A stretch of 64,000 nucleotides of DNA from Dehalococcoidales bacterium (GCA_028716225.1 JAQUQE010000002.1:140613-204612), one strand, 5' to 3'. Positions 47,541 through 57,961 are shown, counted from the first letter of the stretch. Translations and numbers: made by a program. Notes: generated from the letters alone by a model not told the origin.

Positions 47541-48467
47541 TCACAACCCCATTACTTTTACCATCTCCCGCACCACATTAGCCGAAGCAGCCAGTGTCTC
47601 TCTCTCATCATCAGTCAGATCCAGCTCGACAACCTGTTCAATACCATCCCTGCCCAGTTTTACCGGCACGCCAATAGCAGTGTCCCTGAGACCGTATTCC
47701 CCCTCCAGACAGGTGGAGCAGGGTAGAATTTGCTTCTTATCCAGGACAACGGCATCTACCATATGAGCAATAGCCGCCGAGGGAGCAAAAGAGGCGCTAC
47801 CCGTCTTCAGCAAGCCGACAATCTCAGCACCACCCTTGATAGAACGCTCTACCAGCCGGTCAACGATATCACCGGCCAGAAGCCTGGTTATCGGAATAGC
47901 ATGGACGGTGGTCAATCTGGGAATGACCACCGCAGCATCGCCATGCTGACCCAGGATACAGGCGAATACATCCTCTACCGAGACGTTAAGCTCTTCGGCA
48001 ATAAAGCTCCTCAACCGGCTGGTATCCAGGACTCCGGACAGTCCGAACACTCTGTTTCGAGACAGACCGCTGATATGCCTCACCAGATAGGTCATCGCAT
48101 CCACCGGGTTAGTCGCTACGATGATAACAGGATCGAGAGAGTGACTCAACACCTTGCGAGTAACCTCGCTGACAATCTTCATATTGGTGAGCAGCAAATC
48201 ATCACGGGTCATTCCCGGTTTACGGGCAACACCCGAGGTGATGACGACCACGTCAGAAGCAGCGGTTTCCTGATACTTGCTGGTGCCGATTATGCGGGTA
48301 TCCAGGCCGGAGACAGGCAGTGACTCCAGGATGTCCAGCCCCTTACCCTCGGCCAACCCTTCGACAATATCCAGCAGTACTATATCAGCATAGCCTCTAT
48401 CGGCAATACGCTGAGCACAGAGGGCACCGACATTACCCGCCCCGATAATACTGATCTTGTTCATCAA
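47541..48467 (-). CDS. mdh: Malate dehydrogenase (LDH-like family)
   Basis: KISIIGAGNVG Rossmann motif, ..GVARKPGMTRDDL.., ..GQHGD... Confidence 0.92.
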   Translation of the reverse strand: MMNKISIIGAGNVGALCAQRIADRGYADIVLLDIVEGLAEGKGLDILESLPVSGLDTRIIGTSKYQETAASDVVVITSGVARKPGMTRDDLLLTNMKIVSEVTRKVLSHSLDPVIIVATNPVDAMTYLVRHISGLSRNRVFGLSGVLDTSRLRSFIAEELNVSVEDVFACILGQHGDAAVVIPRLTTVHAIPITRLLAGDIVDRLVERSIKGGAEIVGLLKTGSASFAPSAAIAHMVDAVVLDKKQILPCSTCLEGEYGLRDTAIGVPVKLGRDGIEQVVELDLTDDERETLAASANVVREMVKVMGL

Positions 48468-48498
48468 TAACCTTCCCGGCTTTCGAACCGTGGAAAAA

Positions 48499-50088
48499 TT
48501 ATGTTGGAATTATACCATGCCGCTTTTTCGGCCGTTCCTCTACCTTACCGACTATCGTCTCCAGTGCCTTAATCAATCTGGGTCTGGTCTCCGCCGGCTC
48601 AATGACATCATCGATATGCAAGTTCTCGGCAGCCCGATAGGGATTAGCAAAGGTGGTACGATACTCCTTTATCTTCTCCTTAAGCAACGCCTGGGGATCA
48701 TCGGCCTGCTCCAGCTCTTTACGGAATATTATCGCCGCCGCTCCTTCCGACCCCATCACCGCCAGCTCCGTGGTCGGCCAGCAGAATACAGTATCGGCGC
48801 CAAGGTCCTTACAGCACATGCCGATATAGGCTCCCCCGTATGCCTTCCTGATAGTAAGGGTAATCTTGGGCACCACCGCTTCCGAGTAGGCGTAGAGCAT
48901 CTTAGCACCGTGCCGGATTATTCCTCCCCACTCCTGGTCGGTGCCGGGCAGATAGCCGGGAACATCGACCAAGTTGACCAGCGGGATGCCAAAAGCATCA
49001 CAGAACCGGATAAAACGGGATGCCTTATCACAGGCATCAATATCCAGCACGCCCGCCTTCGACATCGGCTGCTGGGCGATGATACCCACCGTCCAACCGT
49101 TAAGCCGGGCAAAACAGGTGATGATATTGGTGGCAAAGAGGGGGAATATCTCAAAGTAGTTCTTCTTACCATCCGGACGCCGGTCGAATATCAGCTTGAT
49201 GATCTTGTGCATATCATACGGCCTGCTGGGGTTAGCCGGAACGATATCAAAAAGGGCAGGTTCGCTGCGGTTGGGGTCATCACCCCAATCAACCCGTCTC
49301 GGTGCATCCCGGTTGCTGGAGGGCAGATAGTCAAGCAGCTCCTTGATACTCTCCAGGCATTCTACCTCACCGGCTTCAGAGCGGCAGGCGACCCCCGCCT
49401 TCTTCTGCGCTACAGTGGCGCCGCCAAGCTCCTCGTGGCTGACCTCCTCCCCCATAACCGCCTTGACTACCTGCGGGCCGGTAATATAGGCATAGCTGGT
49501 GCCATTGACCATGAAAACAAAATCCATCAGCGCCGGAGAGTATACGCCCCCACCGGCACAGGGACCCATGATGGCGCATATCTGCGGGATCACTCCGGAG
49601 AATATCGAGTTGCGAAAGAATATCTGGCCGTAGCCAGCCAGAGCATCCACGCCGTCCTGAATCCTGGCGCCCCCGGAGTCATTGATGCCGATGACGGGGC
49701 AACCTGCCTTAGCCGCGCTGTCGAGTATACGGCATATTTTAGCAGCGTGTATTTCGGAAAGACTCCCCCCCACCGAGGTAAAGTCCTGAGCATAGACGTA
49801 CACCTTCCTGCCGTTAACCGTGCCGTAGCCGGTAATCACTCCATCGGCGGGTACCTTAATTTTGTCCATACCGAAGGCGGTACCCCTGTTAGTGGCAAAC
49901 ATCCCGATCTCACAGAAAGTCCCCTCATCAAGCAGCCGGGCAATTCGCTCGCGGGCGGTTAGCTTGCCCCGCTCTCTCTGCTTCTCGACATTTTTGCTCC
50001 CACCCATCTCCTCAATCTTCCGCCTCCGCTCCTTGAGGTCGGCAAGCAACTCATCCTTTATCTGTTCATCATTCGGCTTTTCTACCAT
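48499..50088 (-). CDS. Acyl-CoA carboxylase carboxyltransferase subunit (propionyl-CoA carboxylase beta / methylmalonyl-CoA carboxyltransferase type)
   Basis: 529 aa with duplicated crotonase-like CT domains (..DFTSVGGSLS.., ..AYGGAYIGM..). Confidence 0.9.
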   Translation of the reverse strand: MVEKPNDEQIKDELLADLKERRRKIEEMGGSKNVEKQRERGKLTARERIARLLDEGTFCEIGMFATNRGTAFGMDKIKVPADGVITGYGTVNGRKVYVYAQDFTSVGGSLSEIHAAKICRILDSAAKAGCPVIGINDSGGARIQDGVDALAGYGQIFFRNSIFSGVIPQICAIMGPCAGGGVYSPALMDFVFMVNGTSYAYITGPQVVKAVMGEEVSHEELGGATVAQKKAGVACRSEAGEVECLESIKELLDYLPSSNRDAPRRVDWGDDPNRSEPALFDIVPANPSRPYDMHKIIKLIFDRRPDGKKNYFEIFPLFATNIITCFARLNGWTVGIIAQQPMSKAGVLDIDACDKASRFIRFCDAFGIPLVNLVDVPGYLPGTDQEWGGIIRHGAKMLYAYSEAVVPKITLTIRKAYGGAYIGMCCKDLGADTVFCWPTTELAVMGSEGAAAIIFRKELEQADDPQALLKEKIKEYRTTFANPYRAAENLHIDDVIEPAETRPRLIKALETIVGKVEERPKKRHGIIPT

Positions 50089-50301
50089 TTCCCCTTAAAC
50101 TCCGATAGTCCGATTAATGCCTTTATTTTTTATAATAAAAATCTACCCATCACTATATCATCATATGGAGAAAAATTATACTACATATCAAGCGTTCGAT
50201 AAAGCGTAAAACCTAGCAATCCCGACCGTACTGGTCTATAATAATCACTGACCAAATCAATTAGAACGCTATCCTTAATTCACTATAAACAGGGAAAAGT
50301 T

Positions 50302-51477
50302 GTGGAAGCAGAAGAACTAAAGGCTCTGGTTATCAGTAAGGTAGACGCTCACAGCAGTCAGCTCAACGGGCTCAGTTCAAGTATTCACGCCCATCCCGAA
50401 ACGTGCTTCAAGGAAACAAAAGCGGCCGCCTGGCTGGGCCAATACCTTACGGAAAACGGTTTCTCGATAAAAAAGGGGATCTGCGGGCTGCCGACCGCAT
50501 TCCGTGCCAGTTATGGGCAGGGAAAACCGGCGATCGCGATACTGGCTGAATACGATGCGCTGCCCGGACTCGGGCATGCCTGTGGTCATAATCTCATCGC
50601 TGCCTGTGCTGTTGGAGCCGCGGTTGCCGTCCGGCCGGCCATCGACCGGTTGGGAGGGGAGATCATAGTTATCGGTACGCCGGCGGAAGAGACAGGCGGG
50701 GGTAAAATAATTATGGCCAATCAAGGAGCCTTCGCCGATGTGGATATTGCCATGATGGTACACCCGGGAGTACAGAACTACGCCGCCATCCAGGCCCTTG
50801 CCTGCCAGGTGCTGGAGGTTGAATTCCAGGGTAAGGCAGCCCACGCTGCCGCCAGGCCGGAAGCAGGCATCAACGCCCTGGAGGCAATGCTCCAGTCTTT
50901 CAACGCCATTAATTCACTGCGGCAGCACATCAGGGACAAGGCCCGCATCCACGGCATTATCACCGACGGCGGGCAGGCAGCCAACATCGTCCCCGACCAC
51001 AGTGCCGCCACATTCATCGTGAGGGCAGAGGATGATGCCTACCTGGATGAACTAAAGCAGAAGCTAATCAACTGCTTTATCGGAGCAGCCACCGCCAGCG
51101 GCGCCCGCCTGAAATACCACTGGCAGGAGAACCCCTATGCCCCCATGCGCAACAATCTGACCCTGGCCCGATTATTTCAGCACAACATGGAGTCCCTGGG
51201 ACGCAAGATGGGAAAAACCGGCTCAAACGATGCCGTTTTCAGCACCGATATGGGCAATGTCAGTCAACAGGTGCCGAGTATTCACCCCATGGTAGCCATC
51301 GCTCCGGAGGAAATATCGCTTCATTCTCCCCAGTTTGCCTCGGCCGCTGCTTCCGATGAAGGGAGCCGAGCTCTCCTTGACGCCGCCAAGGCACTGGCGA
51401 TGACCGCCGTTGATTTACTGGCTAACCCGGCCAAGGTAGCCGAAGTTAAAGCGGAGTTTTGCCGGAAGGAGAAATAA
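50302..51477 (+). CDS. M20 family amidohydrolase/metallopeptidase (M20D, AbgB-like)
   Basis: ..HACGHN.., ..GTPAEETGGGK.., and an inserted dimerisation domain. GTG start. Confidence 0.85.
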   Translation: MEAEELKALVISKVDAHSSQLNGLSSSIHAHPETCFKETKAAAWLGQYLTENGFSIKKGICGLPTAFRASYGQGKPAIAILAEYDALPGLGHACGHNLIAACAVGAAVAVRPAIDRLGGEIIVIGTPAEETGGGKIIMANQGAFADVDIAMMVHPGVQNYAAIQALACQVLEVEFQGKAAHAAARPEAGINALEAMLQSFNAINSLRQHIRDKARIHGIITDGGQAANIVPDHSAATFIVRAEDDAYLDELKQKLINCFIGAATASGARLKYHWQENPYAPMRNNLTLARLFQHNMESLGRKMGKTGSNDAVFSTDMGNVSQQVPSIHPMVAIAPEEISLHSPQFASAAASDEGSRALLDAAKALAMTAVDLLANPAKVAEVKAEFCRKEK

Positions 51478-51478
51478 G

Positions 51479-52405
51479 ATGGGCAATTCAGTTCCGAATA
51501 GCTATGAAGCGATTATTATCGGCGGCGGTCCGGCGGGACTTACTGCCGGACTTTACACGGCAAGGGCAAGAATCAGCAGCCTGCTGATAGAAAAGGGGGC
51601 ATTCGGGGGCCAGATGATAAATGCCGCGCGCCTGGACAACTACCCCGGTTTCCCGGAAGGCGTCAGCGGATTTGAACTGGCCGAGCTAATGCTCAAGCAA
51701 GCGACAAAATACGGCCTGGAGACCGTTATCGCCGAGGTTACCGGTCTAAAGATTAAGGGTGAAGAGAAAATAGTCGAGACCAGCGGCGGTACCTTCACCG
51801 CTAAGGCAGTGATTATCACCGGCGGTTCCAACCGGCGTAAGTTAGGGGTGCCGGGAGAGGAGCAGTTTACCGGCAAAGGGGTCTCCTACTGTGCCACCTG
51901 TGATGCCGCCTTCTTTAGAGGGCTGCCGGTAGCTTTAGTCGGCGGCGGTAACTCGGCAATTTCGGAAGCTTTGCACCTGGCAAAGTCTGCCTCCAGGGTT
52001 ACCGTAATACACCGCCGCAACCAACTGCGTGCCACACCTATTCTACAGGAGAAAGCCTTTGCCGAGCCCAAAATAGACTTCCGTCTGGAGAGTATCGTAG
52101 AAAGCATCGAGGGTAAAGATTCCGTGCAACGGATCAGGCTTCACCAGATAAAGACCGGGGAGCAGTCTACTCTGGAGGTATCCGGCGTCTTCATCTCGAT
52201 CGGTTTTATCCCCAATACCGGTTATCTGAAGGGTATTCTACCCCTGGCTAATGATGGTTCTATCATTACCAACAACAAGATGGAGACGGGAGTAGCCGGC
52301 ATCTTTGCCGCCGGGGACATCCGTCAAAAGACGGAGTGGCAGGCGATAACCGCTGCCGGTGACGGAGCAACCGCTGCGATAAATGTAGAAAAATTCCTGA
52401 GCTGA
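51479..52405 (+). CDS. trxB: Thioredoxin-disulfide reductase
   Basis: GGGPAGLTA FAD motif, redox-active CATC (..SYCATCDAAFF..), second Rossmann motif GGGNSA. Confidence 0.9.
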   Translation: MGNSVPNSYEAIIIGGGPAGLTAGLYTARARISSLLIEKGAFGGQMINAARLDNYPGFPEGVSGFELAELMLKQATKYGLETVIAEVTGLKIKGEEKIVETSGGTFTAKAVIITGGSNRRKLGVPGEEQFTGKGVSYCATCDAAFFRGLPVALVGGGNSAISEALHLAKSASRVTVIHRRNQLRATPILQEKAFAEPKIDFRLESIVESIEGKDSVQRIRLHQIKTGEQSTLEVSGVFISIGFIPNTGYLKGILPLANDGSIITNNKMETGVAGIFAAGDIRQKTEWQAITAAGDGATAAINVEKFLS

Positions 52406-52486
52406 GGGGTGAACGATGTTTCTACTTTATCGCCGGGTGAAGTATAATTACTAAAACGAACTGCAATTCAATAGAAAGGGAAGAAT

Positions 52487-53080
52487 ATGAAGGTTATTTT
52501 CCTAGAGGATGTACCCCACGTAGCCCGGTCCGGCGATATCAAGGAGGTAGCCGACGGCTACGCCAGAAACTTCCTTATCCCGAAGAAACTGGCGCTGACA
52601 GCCGACTCGGCTGCCATAAAACTGGCAGAAGTACGACGCCGTGCCAAGGCCAGACAGCAAGCTGAGACCGAAGCCGAACTACAAGAACTTGCCCGGCAGA
52701 TAGACGGGAAAGAAATCACCCTGAAAGCACGGGTGGGAAGCAAGGATCGCCTGTATGGCTCGATTACCAGTGCCGATATCTCCGCCGAGATGGAGAAGAG
52801 TGAAGGAATAGTTATCGACAAGAAAAAGATAGACCTTGAGGAACACATCCACCAACTCGGCAGCTACGAGATAACCGTTAGATTGGGCAGTGAGATCACA
52901 CCCAAAATAAAGGTTAAAGTGATAGAGGAAAAGATCGAGGAAGAGGCAGAGGCTAAGGTAGAAGCGAAGACAGAGAAGAAGGTAAAGAAGAAGGCGGAGA
53001 AGAAGACCAAGGAAGAGAAGGAAAACGGGGGAGGAGAAGAAGAGGCAGGGGAGAAGACAGGGGAAGAGGAGCCAGCATAG
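52487..53080 (+). CDS. rplI: 50S ribosomal protein L9 with a ~50-aa Glu/Lys-rich C-terminal extension
   Basis: MKVIFLEDV..GDIKEVADGYARNFLIPKKLA canonical N-domain. The tail is KIEEEAEAKVEAKTEKKVKKKAEKKTKEEKENGGGEEEAGEKTGEEEPA. Confidence 0.9.
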   Translation: MKVIFLEDVPHVARSGDIKEVADGYARNFLIPKKLALTADSAAIKLAEVRRRAKARQQAETEAELQELARQIDGKEITLKARVGSKDRLYGSITSADISAEMEKSEGIVIDKKKIDLEEHIHQLGSYEITVRLGSEITPKIKVKVIEEKIEEEAEAKVEAKTEKKVKKKAEKKTKEEKENGGGEEEAGEKTGEEEPA

Positions 53081-53081
53081 A

Positions 53082-54473
53082 GTGAACGGCGAGAAACTAC
53101 CACCACGTGATACCGATGCTGAGGAAGCAGTAATCGGATCACTATTAATAGACGGCGCAGCAATCTACAAGATCGCCGTCCTGATCAAGCCGTCGGACTT
53201 TTATAGCGACAGAAACTCGCAGATATACGAGGCTTGCCTGTCGCTATACCAGCGCAGCGAAGCGATAAACCAGATTACAGTGGCCCAGGAGCTCGACCGC
53301 CAGGACAAGCTGGAGGCATGTGGCGGCAGCGCCTACTTAAGTCACCTGATATCTATAGTACCTACCTCACTGGATATCGAACACTACGCTCAAATTGTCT
53401 ACCGGCTGTCGATAATGCGCCGCCTGATAGCTGCCAGCAACCAGATTGCAGCCATCGGCTATGAGGCTGACCCCGATGTTGACTCAAGCCTCAGTCGCGC
53501 CGAGGAGGTCCTATTCAAGATACGCCAGGGTCAGGACACCCGGGATCTGGTTCCTATCCGCCAGGTGCTGGACAAATACTTTGAGGCCACTGTCCCCGGG
53601 ACAGCCGCTTCAGAAGGACAGCCTGAATACATACCTTATATCAAATCAAGCTTCACCGGTCTGGACGATTTCCTCAGCGGGTTCCAGCGCTCCGACCTGA
53701 TAATTGCTGCCGGTAGACCCAGCATGGGTAAGACCAGCCTGGTCCTGAACATCGCTCGAAATGCCGCCGTGGAGCAGGGCGCCTGCGTGGCCATCTTCAG
53801 TCTGGAGATGTCACGAGAGTCGCTGGTACTCCGCCTGCTTTCCAGCGAGTCGGGAGTAAACCTGAGCCGGGTCCGTTTCGGGCTGCACGGCGAGGCGGAG
53901 GAAAGAAAGGTTATGGACGCTACGGGTATCCTCGCCGAGGCACCGATCTACATCGATGATTCCCCGCAGCTCCGGGTAGTAGAGATCAGGAGCAAGCTAC
54001 GTCAGCTCTATCATGATCGAGGCGTTGATCTCGTGATCATTGACTACCTGCAGCTGATCCAGGGGGAGGGCAAAAGGGAAAACAGGGTCCAGGAAATCAG
54101 CTATATCACACGATATCTGAAGGGAATAGCCCGTGAGCTTAATGTGCCGGTGATAGCGGCATCCCAGCTCAGCCGGGCGGTGGAATGGCGGACTTCACAC
54201 AGACCCCAGCTATCCGACCTGCGAGAGAGCGGCAGTATTGAGCAGGACGCCGATATCGTCCTCTTCATCTACCGGGACGAGGTACGCTATTCCAGCCAGC
54301 AGGAGTGGGAAGCGGAGCATCCCGGAGAAAAATACCCTCCTCCGGCCGAGGTCATCATTGCCAAGCACCGTAACGGCCCTACCGGACAGATAAACCTGCG
54401 CTTCGTCCCCCGACTGGCCAAGTTTGAGAATATTCCCGAAAATATTACCACCGCCGAGCCGAGCCTGTTATGA
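53082..54473 (+). CDS. dnaB: Replicative DNA helicase
   Basis: PPRDTDAEEAVIGSLLID.. N-domain, Walker A GRPSMGKTS, ..IIDYLQLI... GTG start directly after rplI. Confidence 0.95.
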   Translation: MNGEKLPPRDTDAEEAVIGSLLIDGAAIYKIAVLIKPSDFYSDRNSQIYEACLSLYQRSEAINQITVAQELDRQDKLEACGGSAYLSHLISIVPTSLDIEHYAQIVYRLSIMRRLIAASNQIAAIGYEADPDVDSSLSRAEEVLFKIRQGQDTRDLVPIRQVLDKYFEATVPGTAASEGQPEYIPYIKSSFTGLDDFLSGFQRSDLIIAAGRPSMGKTSLVLNIARNAAVEQGACVAIFSLEMSRESLVLRLLSSESGVNLSRVRFGLHGEAEERKVMDATGILAEAPIYIDDSPQLRVVEIRSKLRQLYHDRGVDLVIIDYLQLIQGEGKRENRVQEISYITRYLKGIARELNVPVIAASQLSRAVEWRTSHRPQLSDLRESGSIEQDADIVLFIYRDEVRYSSQQEWEAEHPGEKYPPPAEVIIAKHRNGPTGQINLRFVPRLAKFENIPENITTAEPSLL

Positions 54474-55183
54474 AGCAGTTTACCGGGTTTCCCCCCAGAA
54501 TGCAGTACACCCCGATACCCAACCTCTTCTTCAGTACTCTTCTGCCTCAAATCAGTGATATGGCGGAGCTTAAGACGACCCTCCATATTCTCGCCGCTCT
54601 CTACCGCAAGAAGGGCTACCCTCGCTACGTAAGCTACCGGGAGCTAGCGGCCATCCCCAGTCTGATGCATAGCCTTACCGGCACGGCAGAACCGCCTGCA
54701 GAGGTACTGCGCAGGGCGCTGGCGATGGCAACCAGAAGAGAGACCATCCTTCATATAGCACTGGATAAAGACGGGGTAACCGAGGATATCTATTTCCTTA
54801 ATACCGAGTCCGACAGAAAGACCATCAACATGATTAAGAACGGTGATCTCTCTCTGGGCAATCTCAGCACCGGGGGAAACAGCGATGCCCTGATTACGGA
54901 ACGGTCCGACATCTTCACCCTGTATGAAGAGAACATCGGTATGCTCACCCCCTTGATTTCCGAAGAGCTGAGCCAGGCAGAGAAGCTATACCCCGCCGGA
55001 TGGATAACGGATGCTATCAAAGAAGCCGCCTCCCTTAACAAACGGAGCTGGCGGTACATCTCAAGAATTCTGGAGCGCTGGCGTCAGGAAGGAAGGAGTG
55101 ATGGAACACCTGGGCAAGATTCTAAGAAAACAGACCTGGACAGATACGTCAACCAGAAATACGGACACATGTTCCGGCGCTGA
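54470..55183 (+). CDS. DnaD-domain (DnaB_2/DnaD C-terminal type) replication protein
   Basis: ..IFTLYEENIGMLTPLISEELSQAEKLYPAGWITDAIKEAASLNKRSWRYISRILERWRQEG is the hallmark DnaD-like C-terminal domain. ATGA overlap with dnaB. Confidence 0.7.
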   Translation: MKQFTGFPPRMQYTPIPNLFFSTLLPQISDMAELKTTLHILAALYRKKGYPRYVSYRELAAIPSLMHSLTGTAEPPAEVLRRALAMATRRETILHIALDKDGVTEDIYFLNTESDRKTINMIKNGDLSLGNLSTGGNSDALITERSDIFTLYEENIGMLTPLISEELSQAEKLYPAGWITDAIKEAASLNKRSWRYISRILERWRQEGRSDGTPGQDSKKTDLDRYVNQKYGHMFRR

Positions 55184-56507
55184 AGAAGCGGAAGCCGAAC
55201 CAGGCTCAAACTGCCCTGTATGCAAAGGTGCCGGTTTTGTTCACCCGATTCTCTCCTCGGGAAAACCGGACTTCAGCCGGGTTATCCCCTGCCGCTGCGT
55301 AAAAGAATCGTTGACCAGAGAGCGCCAGACCCACCTGATAAAGTACAGCAACCTGGGGGCACTAACCCGCTTCACCTTCAGTACCCTGATCCCTGAAGGA
55401 AGGAGCGGCAACCCGGCAAACCAGGAACAATTCGCCCAGGCCTGCCAGGCCGCCCGTACCTTTGCCGGCGAACCCAGGGGATGGCTGATCCTGACCGGTC
55501 CCAGCGGCTGCGGCAAGACCCACCTGGCGGCGGCAATCGTTAATGAGCGCATCAGCCAGGGGCACCCCGCCTTCTTCATCTCCGCTCCCGACCTCCTCGA
55601 CCGTCTGCGTTCCGCCTTCAACCCCGACAGCGAAATGCCTTATGACGAGTTCTTCGACCAGGTGCGCAATGCACCGCTGCTGGTCCTGGACGATTTGGGT
55701 GCCCAGACCAGTACCCCCTGGGCTAAAGAAAAACTGGAGCAGTTGCTGAACTACCGCTTCAACAGCGAGCTGCCCACCGTGATCATTCCTATCATCGCTA
55801 TTGAACATCTCAACGACCGGATACGCACCCGTCTCACCGACCCCGATTTGTGCCGGACGTACGGCATCGAGGAAAAGGAAACTCCGTCGGAATATAGCTG
55901 GGCCCCCGAGTTCGAACTGCAAAAGAGCATGACCTTCGACACATTCGACCACGAGCGGCTTAACCTGCCCCGGGAGCAACGCGAGAACCTGAAACATGTC
56001 TTCGAGGGAGTCTTTCGATTCGCCCGCTCACCGGAGGGGTGGCTGATACTTCAAGGGGCCAACGGCTGCGGTAAGACCCACCTGGCGGCAGCCGTAGTTA
56101 ACTACTGCTACCAGGCCAAAAAACCGGCCCTGTTTGTGGTGGTACCCGAGTTTCTCGACCACCTGCGTTCCGCCTTCAACCCGGAGAGCAGGGTTTCCTA
56201 CGATCAGTTGTTCGAAAAGGTAAAGACAGCGCCGCTGCTCGTCCTGGACGACTTCGGGGAACAGACCACCACACCCTGGGCGCAGGAAAAGCTGTACCAG
56301 GTTATCAACTACCGCTATAACGCCAAGCTATCGACAGTAATCACCACCCGTCATACCATGGATGAAATCGACAGTCCGATTAGCTCACGCCTGGTAGATG
56401 CCAAGCTCAGCACGCCGTTTATTATTACCGTCCCCGATTACCGGAGTGACCGCCAGCCCGGCCCGAAGTCGAGACCCAGCGGCGGCAGGAAGGAACGCTG
56501 GGGCTAA
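55101..56507 (+). CDS. DnaC/DnaI-like helicase-loader ATPase with two tandem AAA+ modules and an N-terminal Cys motif
   Basis: Module 1: [31 protein letters not shown]. Module 2: [31 protein letters not shown]. They are offset by exactly 558 nt in one continuous ORF. N-terminal CPVCKG..IPCRC resembles the DnaI zinc domain. Start at ATG 55101 (GGAAGGAG RBS) implies an 83-nt overlap with the upstream gene, so the start is uncertain. Confidence 0.8.
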   Translation: MEHLGKILRKQTWTDTSTRNTDTCSGAEEAEAEPGSNCPVCKGAGFVHPILSSGKPDFSRVIPCRCVKESLTRERQTHLIKYSNLGALTRFTFSTLIPEGRSGNPANQEQFAQACQAARTFAGEPRGWLILTGPSGCGKTHLAAAIVNERISQGHPAFFISAPDLLDRLRSAFNPDSEMPYDEFFDQVRNAPLLVLDDLGAQTSTPWAKEKLEQLLNYRFNSELPTVIIPIIAIEHLNDRIRTRLTDPDLCRTYGIEEKETPSEYSWAPEFELQKSMTFDTFDHERLNLPREQRENLKHVFEGVFRFARSPEGWLILQGANGCGKTHLAAAVVNYCYQAKKPALFVVVPEFLDHLRSAFNPESRVSYDQLFEKVKTAPLLVLDDFGEQTTTPWAQEKLYQVINYRYNAKLSTVITTRHTMDEIDSPISSRLVDAKLSTPFIITVPDYRSDRQPGPKSRPSGGRKERWG

Positions 56508-56593
56508 GAACCCTAATCCGAACACAGGCTTGTATCACCGAAGGCTTTTTTATTAGAATAAGGGAGCCCACCTGTGGAAAGAAGCCTTAAGCT

Positions 56594-57097
56594 ATGATAA
56601 ACCGGTCGGTCCTGGTACTGAATCAGAATTATGAGCCGCTCAATATATGTCGAGTCCGACGGGCAATTGTGCTGGTTTATGAAGGTAGGGCTGAAATGCT
56701 GGAAGACGGCGCCGGTTTTATCCGCTCGATCGACCGTGAAATTCCCCTGCCCTCGGTAATCCGGTTATCCTACATCATCAAGCGTCCCCGACCGAAAAGA
56801 AGACTGACCCGACTGGAGATCTTCAACCGCGACCGATACATCTGCCAGTATTGCGGTAAGAAGACCCAGCAGCTTACTCTGGACCACGTTATTCCCCGCT
56901 ACCGCGGCGGCGAGCAGACCTGGGAGAATGTGGTCAGCGCCTGTATTCCATGCAACCGGCGCAAGGCAGGACAAACCCCCAAAGAAGCCGGGATGAGCCT
57001 AATAAACTGTCCCCACCCTCCAAAGGACCGCCTTCCCTTCTACATCCCCCTGTCCCTGAAGACCCAGGTCCAGTGGCAGAAATACCTTCCTCAGTAA
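56594..57097 (+). CDS. HNH endonuclease family protein
   Basis: CQYCGKK..LTLDHVIPRYRGGEQTWENVVSACIPCNRRK (CxxC..H-N-H..CxxC). Confidence 0.85.
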   Translation: MINRSVLVLNQNYEPLNICRVRRAIVLVYEGRAEMLEDGAGFIRSIDREIPLPSVIRLSYIIKRPRPKRRLTRLEIFNRDRYICQYCGKKTQQLTLDHVIPRYRGGEQTWENVVSACIPCNRRKAGQTPKEAGMSLINCPHPPKDRLPFYIPLSLKTQVQWQKYLPQ

Positions 57098-57121
57098 GAC
57101 CTTAAAACCCGCTGGCTAACC

Positions 57122-57961
57122 TCAACCCTTTTTCTTCTGCGGTTTATGCGGTTGTTCCGCCTCGATAGTTACCTCATCGGCAGGCAGTTCAACAATCGCC
57201 CCGCTCTTTAGTTCCACCAATACCGTCTGCTTGAGCGGGTTGTTTCCGGTAACAACGGCAGCCCCGCTATTAGTCATTACCCGCTGACCCTTTTTGGGTA
57301 ATTTCTCTCGCATAGCCCGGTAGAGCTCACCCTCATAACCCAAACAACACATCAAACGGCCGCAGGTACCCGATATCTTCATCGGATTAAGGGGCAGATC
57401 CTGATCCTTGGCCATCCTGATCGAAACAGGTTCAAATTCGGTCAAAAAACTGCTGCAGCACAGTTGACGTCCGCAGCGACCATAGCCGCCTATCAGCTTG
57501 GCTCCATCTCTGGGTCCCACCTGCCGCAGTTCCACCCGTACCTTCAACCGGCTGGTCAACTCCTTGACCAGCTCGCGAAAATCAACCCGCTCCGAAGCAC
57601 TGAAGAAAAAGGTAAGGCGGTTGCCGGTAAGGCCGTACTCGGCAGCGAGTAACTTCATCGGCAGCTCCAGCTTCTCGATCAACTTACCGCATTCGGCCAG
57701 AGCTTCCGCGGTCTTTTGCTCCAATTCCTCGGCATGTTTGATATCTTCCGGCTCTGCCTTACGGACTACCGGCTTGAGCGGTTCCTTAACTTCGCTATCC
57801 AGCACCTGCCGGGGAGCAACAACTACCTGCCCCATCTCCAGGCCGCGAGCCGTCTTGACCACGACGTAGTCACTCACATTCAGATCAATACCAGCCGGGT
57901 CGAAATAATACATCTTCCCGGTCCTCTTAAAACGTATGCCGACAACATCGGCCATCCTCAT
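57122..57961 (-). CDS. ricT: PSP1-domain protein (RicT/YaaT family)
   Basis: ..GRCGRQLCCSSFL..SGTCGRLMCCLGYE.. PSP1 C-terminal domain. The conserved holB-yaaT gene order is also present here. Confidence 0.85.
   Translation of the reverse strand: MRMADVVGIRFKRTGKMYYFDPAGIDLNVSDYVVVKTARGLEMGQVVVAPRQVLDSEVKEPLKPVVRKAEPEDIKHAEELEQKTAEALAECGKLIEKLELPMKLLAAEYGLTGNRLTFFFSASERVDFRELVKELTSRLKVRVELRQVGPRDGAKLIGGYGRCGRQLCCSSFLTEFEPVSIRMAKDQDLPLNPMKISGTCGRLMCCLGYEGELYRAMREKLPKKGQRVMTNSGAAVVTGNNPLKQTVLVELKSGAIVELPADEVTIEAEQPHKPQKKKG

Noticed and set aside
48457-49962. 501-aa plus-strand ORF, the longest unassigned ORF in the track
   Set aside because: It is entirely antisense to the well-supported carboxyltransferase gene (48499..50088, minus strand). 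The translation is Arg/Gly/Pro/Leu-rich low-information sequence with no motifs. This is the typical shadow ORF of a GC-biased coding region.
55362-55997. 211-aa minus-strand ORF
   Set aside because: Antisense to the tandem DnaC-like gene. Gly/Val/Glu-rich with no motifs.
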